A stretch of DNA of 64,000 bases from Candidatus Gottesmanbacteria bacterium RIFCSPLOWO2_01_FULL_43_11b (lineage in GTDB: Bacteria; Patescibacteriota; Microgenomatia; UBA10105; UBA927), in NCBI GenBank assembly GCA_001780985.1, contig MFJV01000001.1:835497-899496 (forward strand). The letters are read 5' to 3'. Below the pieces are notes generated by a model. That model was not told the origin of the DNA. It saw only the letters and a list, made by a program, of their open reading frames with translations, and did not search any database. The position numbers were made by a program, and so were the translations under genes. How positions within the stretch are numbered: position 1 is the first letter of the stretch; the number at the start of each line of letters is the position of its first letter. Shown here one piece after another: positions 9,598 to 18,967 of the stretch.

Positions 9598-10646
9598 TAT
9601 TTGCATACATCATCGCACTCGTTTTTTTAACTATTTTTAGTTTCGGCTTTATAGATGCAAATTTCTCGGTGAAAATACTTCCGGCTGTATTTGAATTCAT
9701 TCATTCAAACCGACCGCTGGCAACGTATCTTTATGTTGGGGCAGTAACGTATCTTTTTATTTTTTACTTTTGGATTTTGCGACAAAACAGAAATATTTGG
9801 AAATTGATTTTTATAAGTTGCGCTATTTTGTTTTTTTCATTTCCTGCATTTTCGTACGACATTTTCAATTACATGGCCACGGCAAAAGTTGCGTACTTAT
9901 ATAAAGAGAATCCATACGTAGTGATGCCTATTGAATTTCCGAATGAGCCGATGCTTTCTTTCCTTCATGCTGCCAACAAAGTCGCTCTCTATGGGCCGAC
10001 CTGGATTGCATTGACGTATATACCTCATATTATAAGCGGAGGGAACATACTCGTTTCCATCTGGGCCTTTAAAGCACTTGCCGCAATCTTTTATCTTGGT
10101 GTATGTTGGATTCTTTGGAAGTTGGGTGGCAACAGCGCATTAGCTTTTTTCGCATTAAATCCGTTGGTGATTACGGAGACACTCGTATCAGGCCATAACG
10201 ACATCGTTATGATGTTTTTTGGTTTACTTGCGTTTTACTTTGCAAAAGCGAAACGGTGGTGGTTAGGGTTATTTGTACTTGTTCTTTCGATATTTGTTAA
10301 AGGAGCAACAATTATTTTATTGCCACTTTATTTTTTGAATATTCCCTGGAATAAGAAGTGGTTATGGGCTGCAGCGGGTATGTTTATAGTATTTTTATTA
10401 ACTCCGCTACGAGAAGAACTATATCCTTGGTACTTCATTTGGCCGCTTACCTTTATTGCATTACTCTCCAATACCCATATATTACGGTATCTCTCATACG
10501 GATTTTCCATAGGTCTCCCGCTACGATTTGCACCGTTTATTTATTACGGAGATTGGAGTGGGGTAGTGCCGATCATTAAAAAAATAGTATCTTCCTTACC
10601 ACCTGCCCTTGCACTGTTTTTTTATGCGAAAAAAAGGAATCGTTAA
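9594..10646 (+). CDS. polytopic membrane protein, GT-C-like (DUF2029/GT87-like?)
   Basis: 350 aa, almost entirely hydrophobic. GHNDIVMMFFGLLAFYF..KGATIILLPLYF resembles mannosyltransferase-type GT-C cores. ATGA overlap with the upstream gene. Confidence 0.55.
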   Translation: MIFAYIIALVFLTIFSFGFIDANFSVKILPAVFEFIHSNRPLATYLYVGAVTYLFIFYFWILRQNRNIWKLIFISCAILFFSFPAFSYDIFNYMATAKVAYLYKENPYVVMPIEFPNEPMLSFLHAANKVALYGPTWIALTYIPHIISGGNILVSIWAFKALAAIFYLGVCWILWKLGGNSALAFFALNPLVITETLVSGHNDIVMMFFGLLAFYFAKAKRWWLGLFVLVLSIFVKGATIILLPLYFLNIPWNKKWLWAAAGMFIVFLLTPLREELYPWYFIWPLTFIALLSNTHILRYLSYGFSIGLPLRFAPFIYYGDWSGVVPIIKKIVSSLPPALALFFYAKKRNR

Positions 10647-12093
10647 TCTTACACTTATCATTTTGTTTTTTGTTTTTTCTTTGTGGCTCTTTGGAAAATC
10701 ATTCGGATACGAAAATGGTGAGTTTCGAATAGCAAGACATCAAGTGGGTGATTTTGGTCTGCATTTAGGGCTCATCAGGTCTTTTTCATGGGGTCAAAAT
10801 ATCCCTCCCCAGTCTCCATTCTTCCCGGGTCCCCCGTTACCGTATCATTACGCAACGGATATGGCTGCAGGACTTCTTGAGCGGGTGGGAGTTCGTATAG
10901 ATCATGCCCTTAACGGCATAAGCGTCATATTTTTTACTTTGCTTCTCTTTCTTATTTATAACTTTAGTAATTTACTGTTTGGCTATTCACCCATACAGTC
11001 ACTTATTGCGGTAGTACTATTCCTTTTATCGAGCAATCTCACATTCGTTACATTTCTAAAGCAGAGTACATTTGCCGAAGTATGGCGGCTTCCTGACTAT
11101 ATTTATAAAGGCCCGTTCGATGGATCTGTTATTTCAATATTTTCGACTCTTAACCCACTCCTTAACCAACGTCACCTCATCGTTGGGCTTGCTCTAAGCC
11201 TCCTTATTTTCACGCGTATCCAAAAGCAAAAAATTTCAACGATTGAGCTTATTTTACTTGGCATACTACTGGGAATTTTAACGAGAATTCACACACTCGT
11301 TGCCTTCGGAACCGCTATCGTTGTAACAGGCATGACGATTTACAAAAGCCGTTTCATGATTTTATTGTCTGTAGCTTTTCTTTTTGCACTGCCGCACCTC
11401 CGACTTTTTTTTACAAATGACTCTCGATCACTTGTCGATTTCTTTCGTCCGGGATTTTTAGCCGCCGCGCCGGTTACCATATATTCATGGTTAACTTTTT
11501 GGTGGCAAAACTTAGGATTGACACTTATTTTTCTACCCATAGGTGTTTTCCTTGCCAACAGTAAACAAAAGAGAGTGTTTTTTTCTTTTCTCCTTCTATT
11601 TATTCTCGCGAATATTTTTCAATTCAGTTACCGTATCGAGCACAATCATTCGCTCATCACAATGTTTTTAATTATTTCAAATATGTTTGTCGCATACGCG
11701 ATTATGCGTTTACCCAAAATATGGACAGTCATGTGTTTATTTTTTCTTACTGCATCGGGCATCCTCAATCTTATGGTCGTTAAAAATGATTTCCAATATC
11801 GTGTGGCTGATGCACCCAAGGATACGCTTATCTCCTGGATTTTAGAAAATACTCCAAAGGACTCTATTTTTCTTGCACCACAAAACCTCTATGATCCAGT
11901 TGTGCTTGCAGGGAGAAAAAACTTTTTCGGGGCAACATACTACTCTGAGGTCATGGGCTATGATATTGAAGCGAGACGAGAAGTAGCAGCGACAGGTAAA
12001 ATTGATGATGTGGACTACCTCATCTCCACGGAAAGGGAAGTTGACCGTGAACCTGTATTTACCAATGAAAAATATTGGGTATACAAACTATGA
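10624..12093 (+). CDS. polytopic membrane protein, unknown function (possible GT-C)
   Basis: Probable start MRKKGIVNL; the ORF-track Met at 10609 gives a longer overlap. Conserved-looking loop HLGLIRSFSWGQNIPPQSPFFPGPPLPYHYATD. C-terminal soluble ~100 aa. Confidence 0.55.
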   Translation: MRKKGIVNLTLIILFFVFSLWLFGKSFGYENGEFRIARHQVGDFGLHLGLIRSFSWGQNIPPQSPFFPGPPLPYHYATDMAAGLLERVGVRIDHALNGISVIFFTLLLFLIYNFSNLLFGYSPIQSLIAVVLFLLSSNLTFVTFLKQSTFAEVWRLPDYIYKGPFDGSVISIFSTLNPLLNQRHLIVGLALSLLIFTRIQKQKISTIELILLGILLGILTRIHTLVAFGTAIVVTGMTIYKSRFMILLSVAFLFALPHLRLFFTNDSRSLVDFFRPGFLAAAPVTIYSWLTFWWQNLGLTLIFLPIGVFLANSKQKRVFFSFLLLFILANIFQFSYRIEHNHSLITMFLIISNMFVAYAIMRLPKIWTVMCLFFLTASGILNLMVVKNDFQYRVADAPKDTLISWILENTPKDSIFLAPQNLYDPVVLAGRKNFFGATYYSEVMGYDIEARREVAATGKIDDVDYLISTEREVDREPVFTNEKYWVYKL

Positions 12094-13592
12094 AAAAAAT
12101 ATTCATAGCTATCATTCTTGCACTCGCACTCTGGTTTGCATCACCGTTACTTCGCCCGGGATTCATCCCCACACACGACGGGGAGTTCTCAATTATCAGA
12201 ATTTGGCAGTATTCTAAAATGATGGGAGAGGGATATCTCTTCTCCCGTTGGGCGCCGGATCTTAACAGTGGGTACGGAGTACCGCTTTTTACTTTTTACT
12301 ATCCCTTCCCGTATTTTGTCGGATCCTTATTTCATTTCGCGGGTTTATCTCTCGTTAATTCATTTAAATTAACCCTTGGGTTTTCCTACATTACAGCAAT
12401 TACTCTTTGTTTCTTATGGCTTAAAAAATTATTTAACTTTCAGACTGCCATTATCGGAACGCTGTTTTTCTTAAGTGTTCCGTATTGGTTTGTAAATCTC
12501 TATGTTCGCGGATCTGTCGGGGAAGTGATGGCAATGGCATCACTTATGGCTGTATTGGTCGGGATCGAGTATCAACGAATACGAATTGCAGCATTTGCAC
12601 TTGCCGCTCTTATTATAAGCCACAATATTACCGCATTTATATTTTTGCCGCTTATTGTTGGGTATTCGTTCTTTCGGAAAAAAATCCCCTTTACTTATTT
12701 TGTGTGGGGGTTAGCTCTTTCAGCATTCTTTTGGATACCAGCAATTGTTGAACAGAAGTTTGTTGTTGGTTTATCCAATTTCGACTATCGGGACCATTTT
12801 CCGGAGTTAGCACAACTCCTTATCCCTTCCTGGGGAACAGGATTTTCCAGGCCGGGATGGCCGGCTGATGAAATGTCGCAACAATTAGGAGTTGGTGTTG
12901 TTGCACTTTTGGCTTTGGCGCTCGTGTACTTTAGGAAAATTCTCACTTGGCCGCTCCTTGTAAGTGTCTTAATATTGTTTTTGATGCTTGAGGCTTCCAT
13001 TCCTGTTTGGAATATCATTCCTGCGCTTCAATTCATTCAGTACCCCTGGAGATTATTGAGCGTATTTATTCCTCTCTCGGCATACTTAGGTGCATACATT
13101 GCGGGTCGAAATCGTGTTGTAGCTACCGTTTTAGCTGTTATAACGCTTTTGGTGAGCGTGCGATATGCTCAGCCTGTTATTTATGAATCACGAGGTGACG
13201 AGTATTACCTATCGAAGCGTGAGTTTACTGATGGTACGACGAGTGTAGGAAACAGCTTTTCGACGCTCTGGCTCACGTGGCAAAAAGAACGGCCCGCTCA
13301 AGTTTTTGAAAAGGGCCAAGGTGAAAGTGTGATTGCAAATATTTCGTATTACCCCGGATGGACTGTGGTAGTCGATGGAAGGAAAACAGAAGTTAAGGAA
13401 GCAAACGGCAGAATTCAGTTTGAAGTGCCGCCGGAAGCTCAAAACTATGAACTTCGGTTCCGAGAAACTCCACTGAGACTAGTAAGCGACGGAATTTCGA
13501 TTGTGAGTTTGTTTTGGCTCATAGGTTCGGGTATACTCGTGTCTAGGTATGCACATAGCAATAGACGTCTCTCCTCTCGAAAGCGGGCATAA
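12090..13592 (+). CDS. PTPS-related/YfhO-like integral membrane protein, paralog of 3859..5421
   Basis: PTHDGEFSIIRI..RWAPDLNSGYGVPLF and YYPGWTVVVDGRKTEV mirror the motifs of the first paralog. Start MKKIFIAI overlaps the upstream stop (ATGA). Confidence 0.7.
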   Translation: MKKIFIAIILALALWFASPLLRPGFIPTHDGEFSIIRIWQYSKMMGEGYLFSRWAPDLNSGYGVPLFTFYYPFPYFVGSLFHFAGLSLVNSFKLTLGFSYITAITLCFLWLKKLFNFQTAIIGTLFFLSVPYWFVNLYVRGSVGEVMAMASLMAVLVGIEYQRIRIAAFALAALIISHNITAFIFLPLIVGYSFFRKKIPFTYFVWGLALSAFFWIPAIVEQKFVVGLSNFDYRDHFPELAQLLIPSWGTGFSRPGWPADEMSQQLGVGVVALLALALVYFRKILTWPLLVSVLILFLMLEASIPVWNIIPALQFIQYPWRLLSVFIPLSAYLGAYIAGRNRVVATVLAVITLLVSVRYAQPVIYESRGDEYYLSKREFTDGTTSVGNSFSTLWLTWQKERPAQVFEKGQGESVIANISYYPGWTVVVDGRKTEVKEANGRIQFEVPPEAQNYELRFRETPLRLVSDGISIVSLFWLIGSGILVSRYAHSNRRLSSRKRA

Positions 13593-14568
13593 AGTTCGCG
13601 GAATCGGTTCATATACAGACCAATTGATTAAGGCTTTAAAAGAATACAAAAGTAAACATTCGTATTCTTTTTTTACTCGAGGACAAAAAGTACCCGAAAG
13701 TGCAGATTTGGTCCATTATCCTTACTTCGATCCTTTTTTCTTAACATTGCCACTTATTAAAACTAAACCTACGGTTGTTACGGTTCATGATCTTATTCCT
13801 ATTGCATATGCAAAATATTTCCCCAAAGGACTACGAGGAGAGTTTAAATGGGAAGTTCAGAAACGTTCTCTTATGAAAGCAAAACGCATTATTACAGATT
13901 CGAAGGCTTCAAAGAATGACATTATAAAATTCATAGGATATCCGGAAAGTTACATCGATGTTGTGTACCTTGCGCCTCCGAAAACTTACCAAAAGATAAA
14001 AAGTAATATACAGCTGCCAAAACAATATGTTCTTTACGTGGGAGATGTAAACTGGAATAAAAATATTCCGGGTCTTATTGACGCATATTATATAATTCAA
14101 AAAAAATTCACTGATACAAAACTTGTTCTTGTCGGTAAACAATTCCTCAATACAACGATTAATGAAACACAAAACATTAATAATCTCATTCACAAATACA
14201 ATTTAGAAAAAAATGTTGTAATGCCGGGATTTGTTAAAGACGAGGATTTGCCATCAATCTATAGATCAGCGTCTGTCTATATACAACCATCATTTGCAGA
14301 AGGGTTTGGATTTCCAGTTTTGGAAGCCATGGCAAGCGGATGCCCGGTGGTTTGCACGAACGTCTCGAGCCTTGTTGAAATAGCAGGCCCTTCAGCTACT
14401 GTCAGTCCTAATACTCGTGATATTGCTTCAGGAATAACCAACGTATTAACGTTATCCAAAAAAGAACGGGAAGATATTGTGAAAAAAGGATTAGCTTGGG
14501 TTAAACAATTCACATGGGAAAGAACTGCAAAAGAGACAGTTACCGTTTATGAGAAAGCATTGGAATAA
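13549..14568 (+). CDS. GT4 family glycosyltransferase (Glycos_transf_1)
   Basis: EGFGFPVLEAMASGCPVVCTNVSSLVEIAG is the GT-B C-terminal donor-binding motif. Confidence 0.85.
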   Translation: MHIAIDVSPLESGHKVRGIGSYTDQLIKALKEYKSKHSYSFFTRGQKVPESADLVHYPYFDPFFLTLPLIKTKPTVVTVHDLIPIAYAKYFPKGLRGEFKWEVQKRSLMKAKRIITDSKASKNDIIKFIGYPESYIDVVYLAPPKTYQKIKSNIQLPKQYVLYVGDVNWNKNIPGLIDAYYIIQKKFTDTKLVLVGKQFLNTTINETQNINNLIHKYNLEKNVVMPGFVKDEDLPSIYRSASVYIQPSFAEGFGFPVLEAMASGCPVVCTNVSSLVEIAGPSATVSPNTRDIASGITNVLTLSKKEREDIVKKGLAWVKQFTWERTAKETVTVYEKALE

Positions 14569-15589
14569 TATTAAACCCATTTTGTTTTTGTACGTCGGTT
14601 GGCTGCTATTACTTATTTTAGTACAAAAAATAGCGCCAACACTCTTTTCGCTTCAAAGAGACTTTCTCGGCCCAATCTCTTGGGCAAATTTTGACGGGGT
14701 GCATTACTTAAACATTGCTAAAGCCGGATACAGACAGTATCTGGAGGCTTTCTTTCCGCTGTATCCGATGCTCATCGGGAATAGTGGGCCTATTTTTGCA
14801 CTTATTATTTCCCACATATCGTTTTTTATCGGTTTATTGTTTCTCAAAATGATTGGTGAACAGAAATCTCTTCCCCTTATTCTTCTTTTTCCGACGAGTT
14901 TTTTCTTTGCAGCTGTCTATCCGGAAAGTTTATACCTGGGTTTGGCAGCCGGAACACTCTATGCACTCTCGAAACAAAAGTGGGGATTGGTAGGAGTATT
15001 GGGGATGTTAGCCAGTGCAACAAAAATATTCGGTGTGTATCTTCTCATTCCTGCAATTTTAGAATACATTCCAACGAAGAAAAAAAGAGCAAGAGATATG
15101 ATTGCTATTGGACTTATCCCTCTCGGTTTAGTTGGGTTCATGGTGTATTTGTGGCGTAAGATGGGTGATCCGCTTGCGTTTTTTCACGTACAACCTATCT
15201 TCGGAGCAAACAGAAGCGGAGGAGAGTTAATTTTTCTCCCTCAAGTACTTTGGCGATATATAAAAATATTCATTACAGCTAATCCCGCGACGTTTCAATA
15301 CTCCGTGGCTGTTTTAGAGTTTGTTGCGTTCGTGTTTAGTGTCTATTTACTTTTTGTAGCTTGGAAAAAAATCAGAAAACCATATTTTTGGTATAGCCTT
15401 GCTGTCATAATAACGCCAACTCTTACCGGAACGCTCTCGTCATTTCCGAGATATTTGCTTGCCGCATTTCCTCTTTTTTTCGTGATTAATACATTCCCGA
15501 AGAAAATAAAATACGTTTTCACCGTAATATTTATACTTCTATTTGTTTATTTTGCCTCTGCCTTTTTGAGAGGATATTTTGTAGCATAG
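14549..15589 (+). CDS. PIG-V-like (GPI mannosyltransferase 2 family, GT76-like) GT-C membrane protein
   Basis: N-terminal loop WANFDGVHYLNIAKAGY matches the WDxxxYxxIAxxGY signature of the Mannosyltransf_2 family. About 9 TM helices. Confidence 0.65.
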   Translation: MRKHWNNIKPILFLYVGWLLLLILVQKIAPTLFSLQRDFLGPISWANFDGVHYLNIAKAGYRQYLEAFFPLYPMLIGNSGPIFALIISHISFFIGLLFLKMIGEQKSLPLILLFPTSFFFAAVYPESLYLGLAAGTLYALSKQKWGLVGVLGMLASATKIFGVYLLIPAILEYIPTKKKRARDMIAIGLIPLGLVGFMVYLWRKMGDPLAFFHVQPIFGANRSGGELIFLPQVLWRYIKIFITANPATFQYSVAVLEFVAFVFSVYLLFVAWKKIRKPYFWYSLAVIITPTLTGTLSSFPRYLLAAFPLFFVINTFPKKIKYVFTVIFILLFVYFASAFLRGYFVA

Positions 15590-15598
15590 TATGGTTAT

Positions 15599-16285
15599 AT
15601 GAAAACACTTTCTATCGTCATTCCTGTATATAATGAGTCAAAAACAGTCAATACGCTTCTTCAACGCGTGTTTAGTCAAAGTGTTTTAGGATGGAAAAAA
15701 GAAATAATAGTAGTAGATGACGGATCTACTGATGCGACAAAAACGGTTTTAAAACGCTGGGAGAAGAAATGTACGGTGTTGTATCAGAATAAAAATAAAG
15801 GAAAAGGAGCAGCTTTACGTCTTGGATTTTCCCGTGTGAGCGGGAAAATAGTCATTATTCAGGATGCTGATCTCGAGTATAATCCTGTGGATTACGTAAC
15901 ACTTATTACTCCATTTTCCGACTCCCGAATTAATATTGTCTACGGTTCACGCTTTCTCGGACCGCACCTATCTACTATGTTTCTCTACGCATTGGGAAAT
16001 AAATTCGTGACTTTTGTCACCAATATTCTGTTTAATTCAAATATTACCGATATGGAGACCGGATATAAGGCATTTAGGTATGATGTATTGAAAAAATTAA
16101 ATTTACGCGCAAACCGTTTTGATTTTGAGCCGGAATTTACTGCACAAGCACTGAATGCAGGATATCAAATCTATGAAGTACCCATTTCATACTACGGGAG
16201 AAAATTCAGTGAAGGGAAAAAACTCACCTGGCGGGACGGGGTCATAGCTCTTTGGACACTTATAAAATATCGAATATCTTTATGA
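15599..16285 (+). CDS. GT2 family glycosyltransferase (DPM1-like)
   Basis: LSIVIPVYNE...IIVVDDGSTDAT...IIQDADLEY. Confidence 0.85.
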   Translation: MKTLSIVIPVYNESKTVNTLLQRVFSQSVLGWKKEIIVVDDGSTDATKTVLKRWEKKCTVLYQNKNKGKGAALRLGFSRVSGKIVIIQDADLEYNPVDYVTLITPFSDSRINIVYGSRFLGPHLSTMFLYALGNKFVTFVTNILFNSNITDMETGYKAFRYDVLKKLNLRANRFDFEPEFTAQALNAGYQIYEVPISYYGRKFSEGKKLTWRDGVIALWTLIKYRISL

Positions 16286-17082
16286 AACAGGAATCTCAAC
16301 TACTCTCAGTAATTGTTCCCTCGTATCACCAGGAACGGGTGATCGAACAAAATATACTATCGCTATCGGCTGCACTTATCCGTATAGGAGTTCCGTATGA
16401 AATCATCATTGTTGTAGACGGACGGGATGACAAAACATATGAAAATGCTCTTAAGTTAAAAGACAAGCAAGTCCATGTCGTTGGGTATGAACACAATAGG
16501 GGAAAGGGGTATGCGGTACGGTTCGGGATGGCGAGAGCAAGAGGTAAAATTATTGCATTTATCGATGCCGGCGGAGACATAAACCCAGAGGGAATTTCGA
16601 TATTACTCGAACACTTCCGTTGGTACAATGCGGATATTGTTGTGGGGAGTAAACGTCACCCGGTTTCTAAGATTAACTTCCCATGGTACAGAAAAATTCT
16701 TTCGTGGGGGTATCAACAGTTGGTGCGTGTGCTTTTTGGTTTGAATATCCGCGACTCCCAAGTAGGACTGAAACTTTTTCGAAGAAACGTTCTGGAGGAT
16801 GTTTTGCCAAGGTTACTTGTAAAGCGGTTTGCTTTTGATATAGAAATATTAGCTGTTGCACACTCTCTTGGTTACACACGCATATACGAGGGGCCGGTTG
16901 AACTTGATTTTTCAGGAGCGAGTAGTATTACCTCAACAAAACTGTGGAAAGAAGTATGGAGCATGCTTTGGGATACCATGGCAATCTTTTATAGACTAAA
17001 AATTCTTCACTATTACACAGGGGTAAATCGCCGCCGCTGGATATACGATAAGGAATTAGATTTTAGAATAAACGTAGGATAA
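16282..17082 (+). CDS. GT2 family glycosyltransferase (DPM1-like)
   Basis: Start MKQESQLLSVIVPSYH overlaps the upstream stop (ATGA). IIIVVDGRDDKT...FIDAGGD. Confidence 0.8.
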   Translation: MKQESQLLSVIVPSYHQERVIEQNILSLSAALIRIGVPYEIIIVVDGRDDKTYENALKLKDKQVHVVGYEHNRGKGYAVRFGMARARGKIIAFIDAGGDINPEGISILLEHFRWYNADIVVGSKRHPVSKINFPWYRKILSWGYQQLVRVLFGLNIRDSQVGLKLFRRNVLEDVLPRLLVKRFAFDIEILAVAHSLGYTRIYEGPVELDFSGASSITSTKLWKEVWSMLWDTMAIFYRLKILHYYTGVNRRRWIYDKELDFRINVG

Positions 17083-17105
17083 TTCATGAAAATCCTTGTT
17101 TTCGT

Positions 17106-18200
17106 ATGAAAATCCTCATTCTTAACTGGCGAGATATAAAGCACCCGCTTGCAGGAGGAGCGGAAATTTCAACGCACGAACATGCAAAAGGATGGGTGAA
17201 AGCAGGACATGATGTGACTCTTTTCACCTCATCGTTTCCCGGCGCAAAAGAAAAAGAAATAATTGACGGCATAACGGCAATTCGTCGCGGGAGTCATTAT
17301 ACCGTGCATTTTTTTGCATTTTTATACTACCTATCTCAAGGGAAAAAGTTTGATATGGTGGTTGACGAATTTCACTTTATTCCTTTTTTTACTCCTCTGT
17401 ATGTTCGAAAAAAGAAATTGGCTTTTATTCATGAAACAGCAGAAGAAGTTTGGTTCAAGAATAAAACGTTTCCTCTTAATGTAATCGGATTTATATTGGA
17501 ACCGTTTTCGTTTCTCTTTTACGGACATATTCCATTCATGACTGTTTCGGAGTCAACAAAAAGAGATCTCATGAGATTTCGTATCCCACAACAAAATATT
17601 CATGTAGTCAATAACGGAGTTACACGAATAAGCACAAATGTCAGGAGGGGGGCATATCCAATAGTTATGTACTTAGGAAGGATATCGGACGACAAAGGCA
17701 TCGGTGACGCAATTGATGCATTCGCATTTGTTCAGAAGAGGCACACCAATGCCGAACTTTGGATCGTGGGAAAGGAAGAAAGAAAAGGACAAATACAGGA
17801 ATTAAAACAAAAGTTAAAAGATTTAAACATTGCGCGTTCTGTTGAGTTTTTCGGATTTGTTACCGACAAGAAAAAATTTGATTTACTTGCTCAAGCGTGG
17901 ATACTTTTACATCCCTCAATCAAAGAAGGATGGGGTTTGACGGTGATAGAGGCAGCAAGCGTGGGAACTCCGACGGTTGCCTACAAAACAGCCGGACTTT
18001 CTGATTCTATTCAGCATGAAAAAACAGGAATTCTCGTGAGTGAGAAAAATCCGCAGAAGCTAGCCCTGGCTGTTTCTGTTTTGTGTACAAACAAAAAACT
18101 TTATGAGAAAATGTCATCTTCTGCACGAGTTTGGAGTAAACAATTTAACTGGGGAAAATCAATATCACAAAGCCTGAAACTAATACATAGTCTTGTATGA
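17106..18200 (+). CDS. GT4 family glycosyltransferase
   Basis: EGWGLTVIEAASVGTPTVAYKTAGLSDSIQHEKTGILV. N-terminal GT-B acceptor domain. Confidence 0.85.
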   Translation: MKILILNWRDIKHPLAGGAEISTHEHAKGWVKAGHDVTLFTSSFPGAKEKEIIDGITAIRRGSHYTVHFFAFLYYLSQGKKFDMVVDEFHFIPFFTPLYVRKKKLAFIHETAEEVWFKNKTFPLNVIGFILEPFSFLFYGHIPFMTVSESTKRDLMRFRIPQQNIHVVNNGVTRISTNVRRGAYPIVMYLGRISDDKGIGDAIDAFAFVQKRHTNAELWIVGKEERKGQIQELKQKLKDLNIARSVEFFGFVTDKKKFDLLAQAWILLHPSIKEGWGLTVIEAASVGTPTVAYKTAGLSDSIQHEKTGILVSEKNPQKLALAVSVLCTNKKLYEKMSSSARVWSKQFNWGKSISQSLKLIHSLV

Positions 18201-18967
18201 ACATATTTTTTCAACTATTAAATATTATCTACGCGGTTCTATCCTTTTTTCGCAGAAAAGTTTTTCTTTTAAACATTAAACCTGACGACCTTGTACTTGA
18301 TATAGGTTCAGGAGATAAACCGTTTTGGAGAGCTGATGTATTTGTCGATTTATATACGGAAGATGACCAACAGCGATTCAGTGGGGAGATGGTTTACGAT
18401 AAAAGAAAGATCTTTATTAACGCAAACGTCGAAAAACTACCGTTTGCCGATAAATCGTTTGATTTTGTCTTTTGTTCACACTTGCTGGAGCACGTCGAGC
18501 ACCCAGACCGCGCAATTGCTGAAATTACCAGGGTGGGAAAACGAGGCTATATCGAAGTCCCGAGAGCCATTCTTGATGCTTTAGCCCCATTCCCGCCCCA
18601 CCTTTGGTTTTGTGAAACAGATGGAAAGACTCTTATATTTAAAAGAAAAGGGAAAGAGAAAAATTTTTTTCTTAGATCCATGGAGAATTTCGGCAGTAAA
18701 TATTTCTATTCATCTTTGATGCAATATCTATTCATGAAAAATATCAATGCCGGATTTATTTGCTATTACTGGAAGGACAGTATTGATTTTCGGATTGAGA
18801 AGCCGGAAGGTGAAAAATACCAATATGTTTACAATCCGGCCAAAATTCACAAGAAAAGCGTACTCGTAACCTTTTCACATGCGGTTTATAAGCTTTTCTA
18901 TTTAACTTTGAATGCACTCTATTATAAAGAAAAGAAAATAGACAGGAACAAAATATTGAAGCATTGA
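18197..18967 (+). CDS. class I SAM-dependent methyltransferase
   Basis: VLDIGSGDKPF...FDFVFCSHLLEHVEHPDRAIAEITRVGKRGYIEVP. Confidence 0.8.
   Translation: MNIFFQLLNIIYAVLSFFRRKVFLLNIKPDDLVLDIGSGDKPFWRADVFVDLYTEDDQQRFSGEMVYDKRKIFINANVEKLPFADKSFDFVFCSHLLEHVEHPDRAIAEITRVGKRGYIEVPRAILDALAPFPPHLWFCETDGKTLIFKRKGKEKNFFLRSMENFGSKYFYSSLMQYLFMKNINAGFICYYWKDSIDFRIEKPEGEKYQYVYNPAKIHKKSVLVTFSHAVYKLFYLTLNALYYKEKKIDRNKILKH

Noticed and set aside
10609-10646. Possible frameshift or pseudogene at the 10609 start, which overlaps the upstream gene by 38 nt
   Set aside because: Using the internal Met at 10624 (MRKKGIVNLTLIILFF) gives a sensible signal-anchor N-terminus and a modest 23-nt overlap of the kind seen throughout this locus. 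There is no evidence of disruption.
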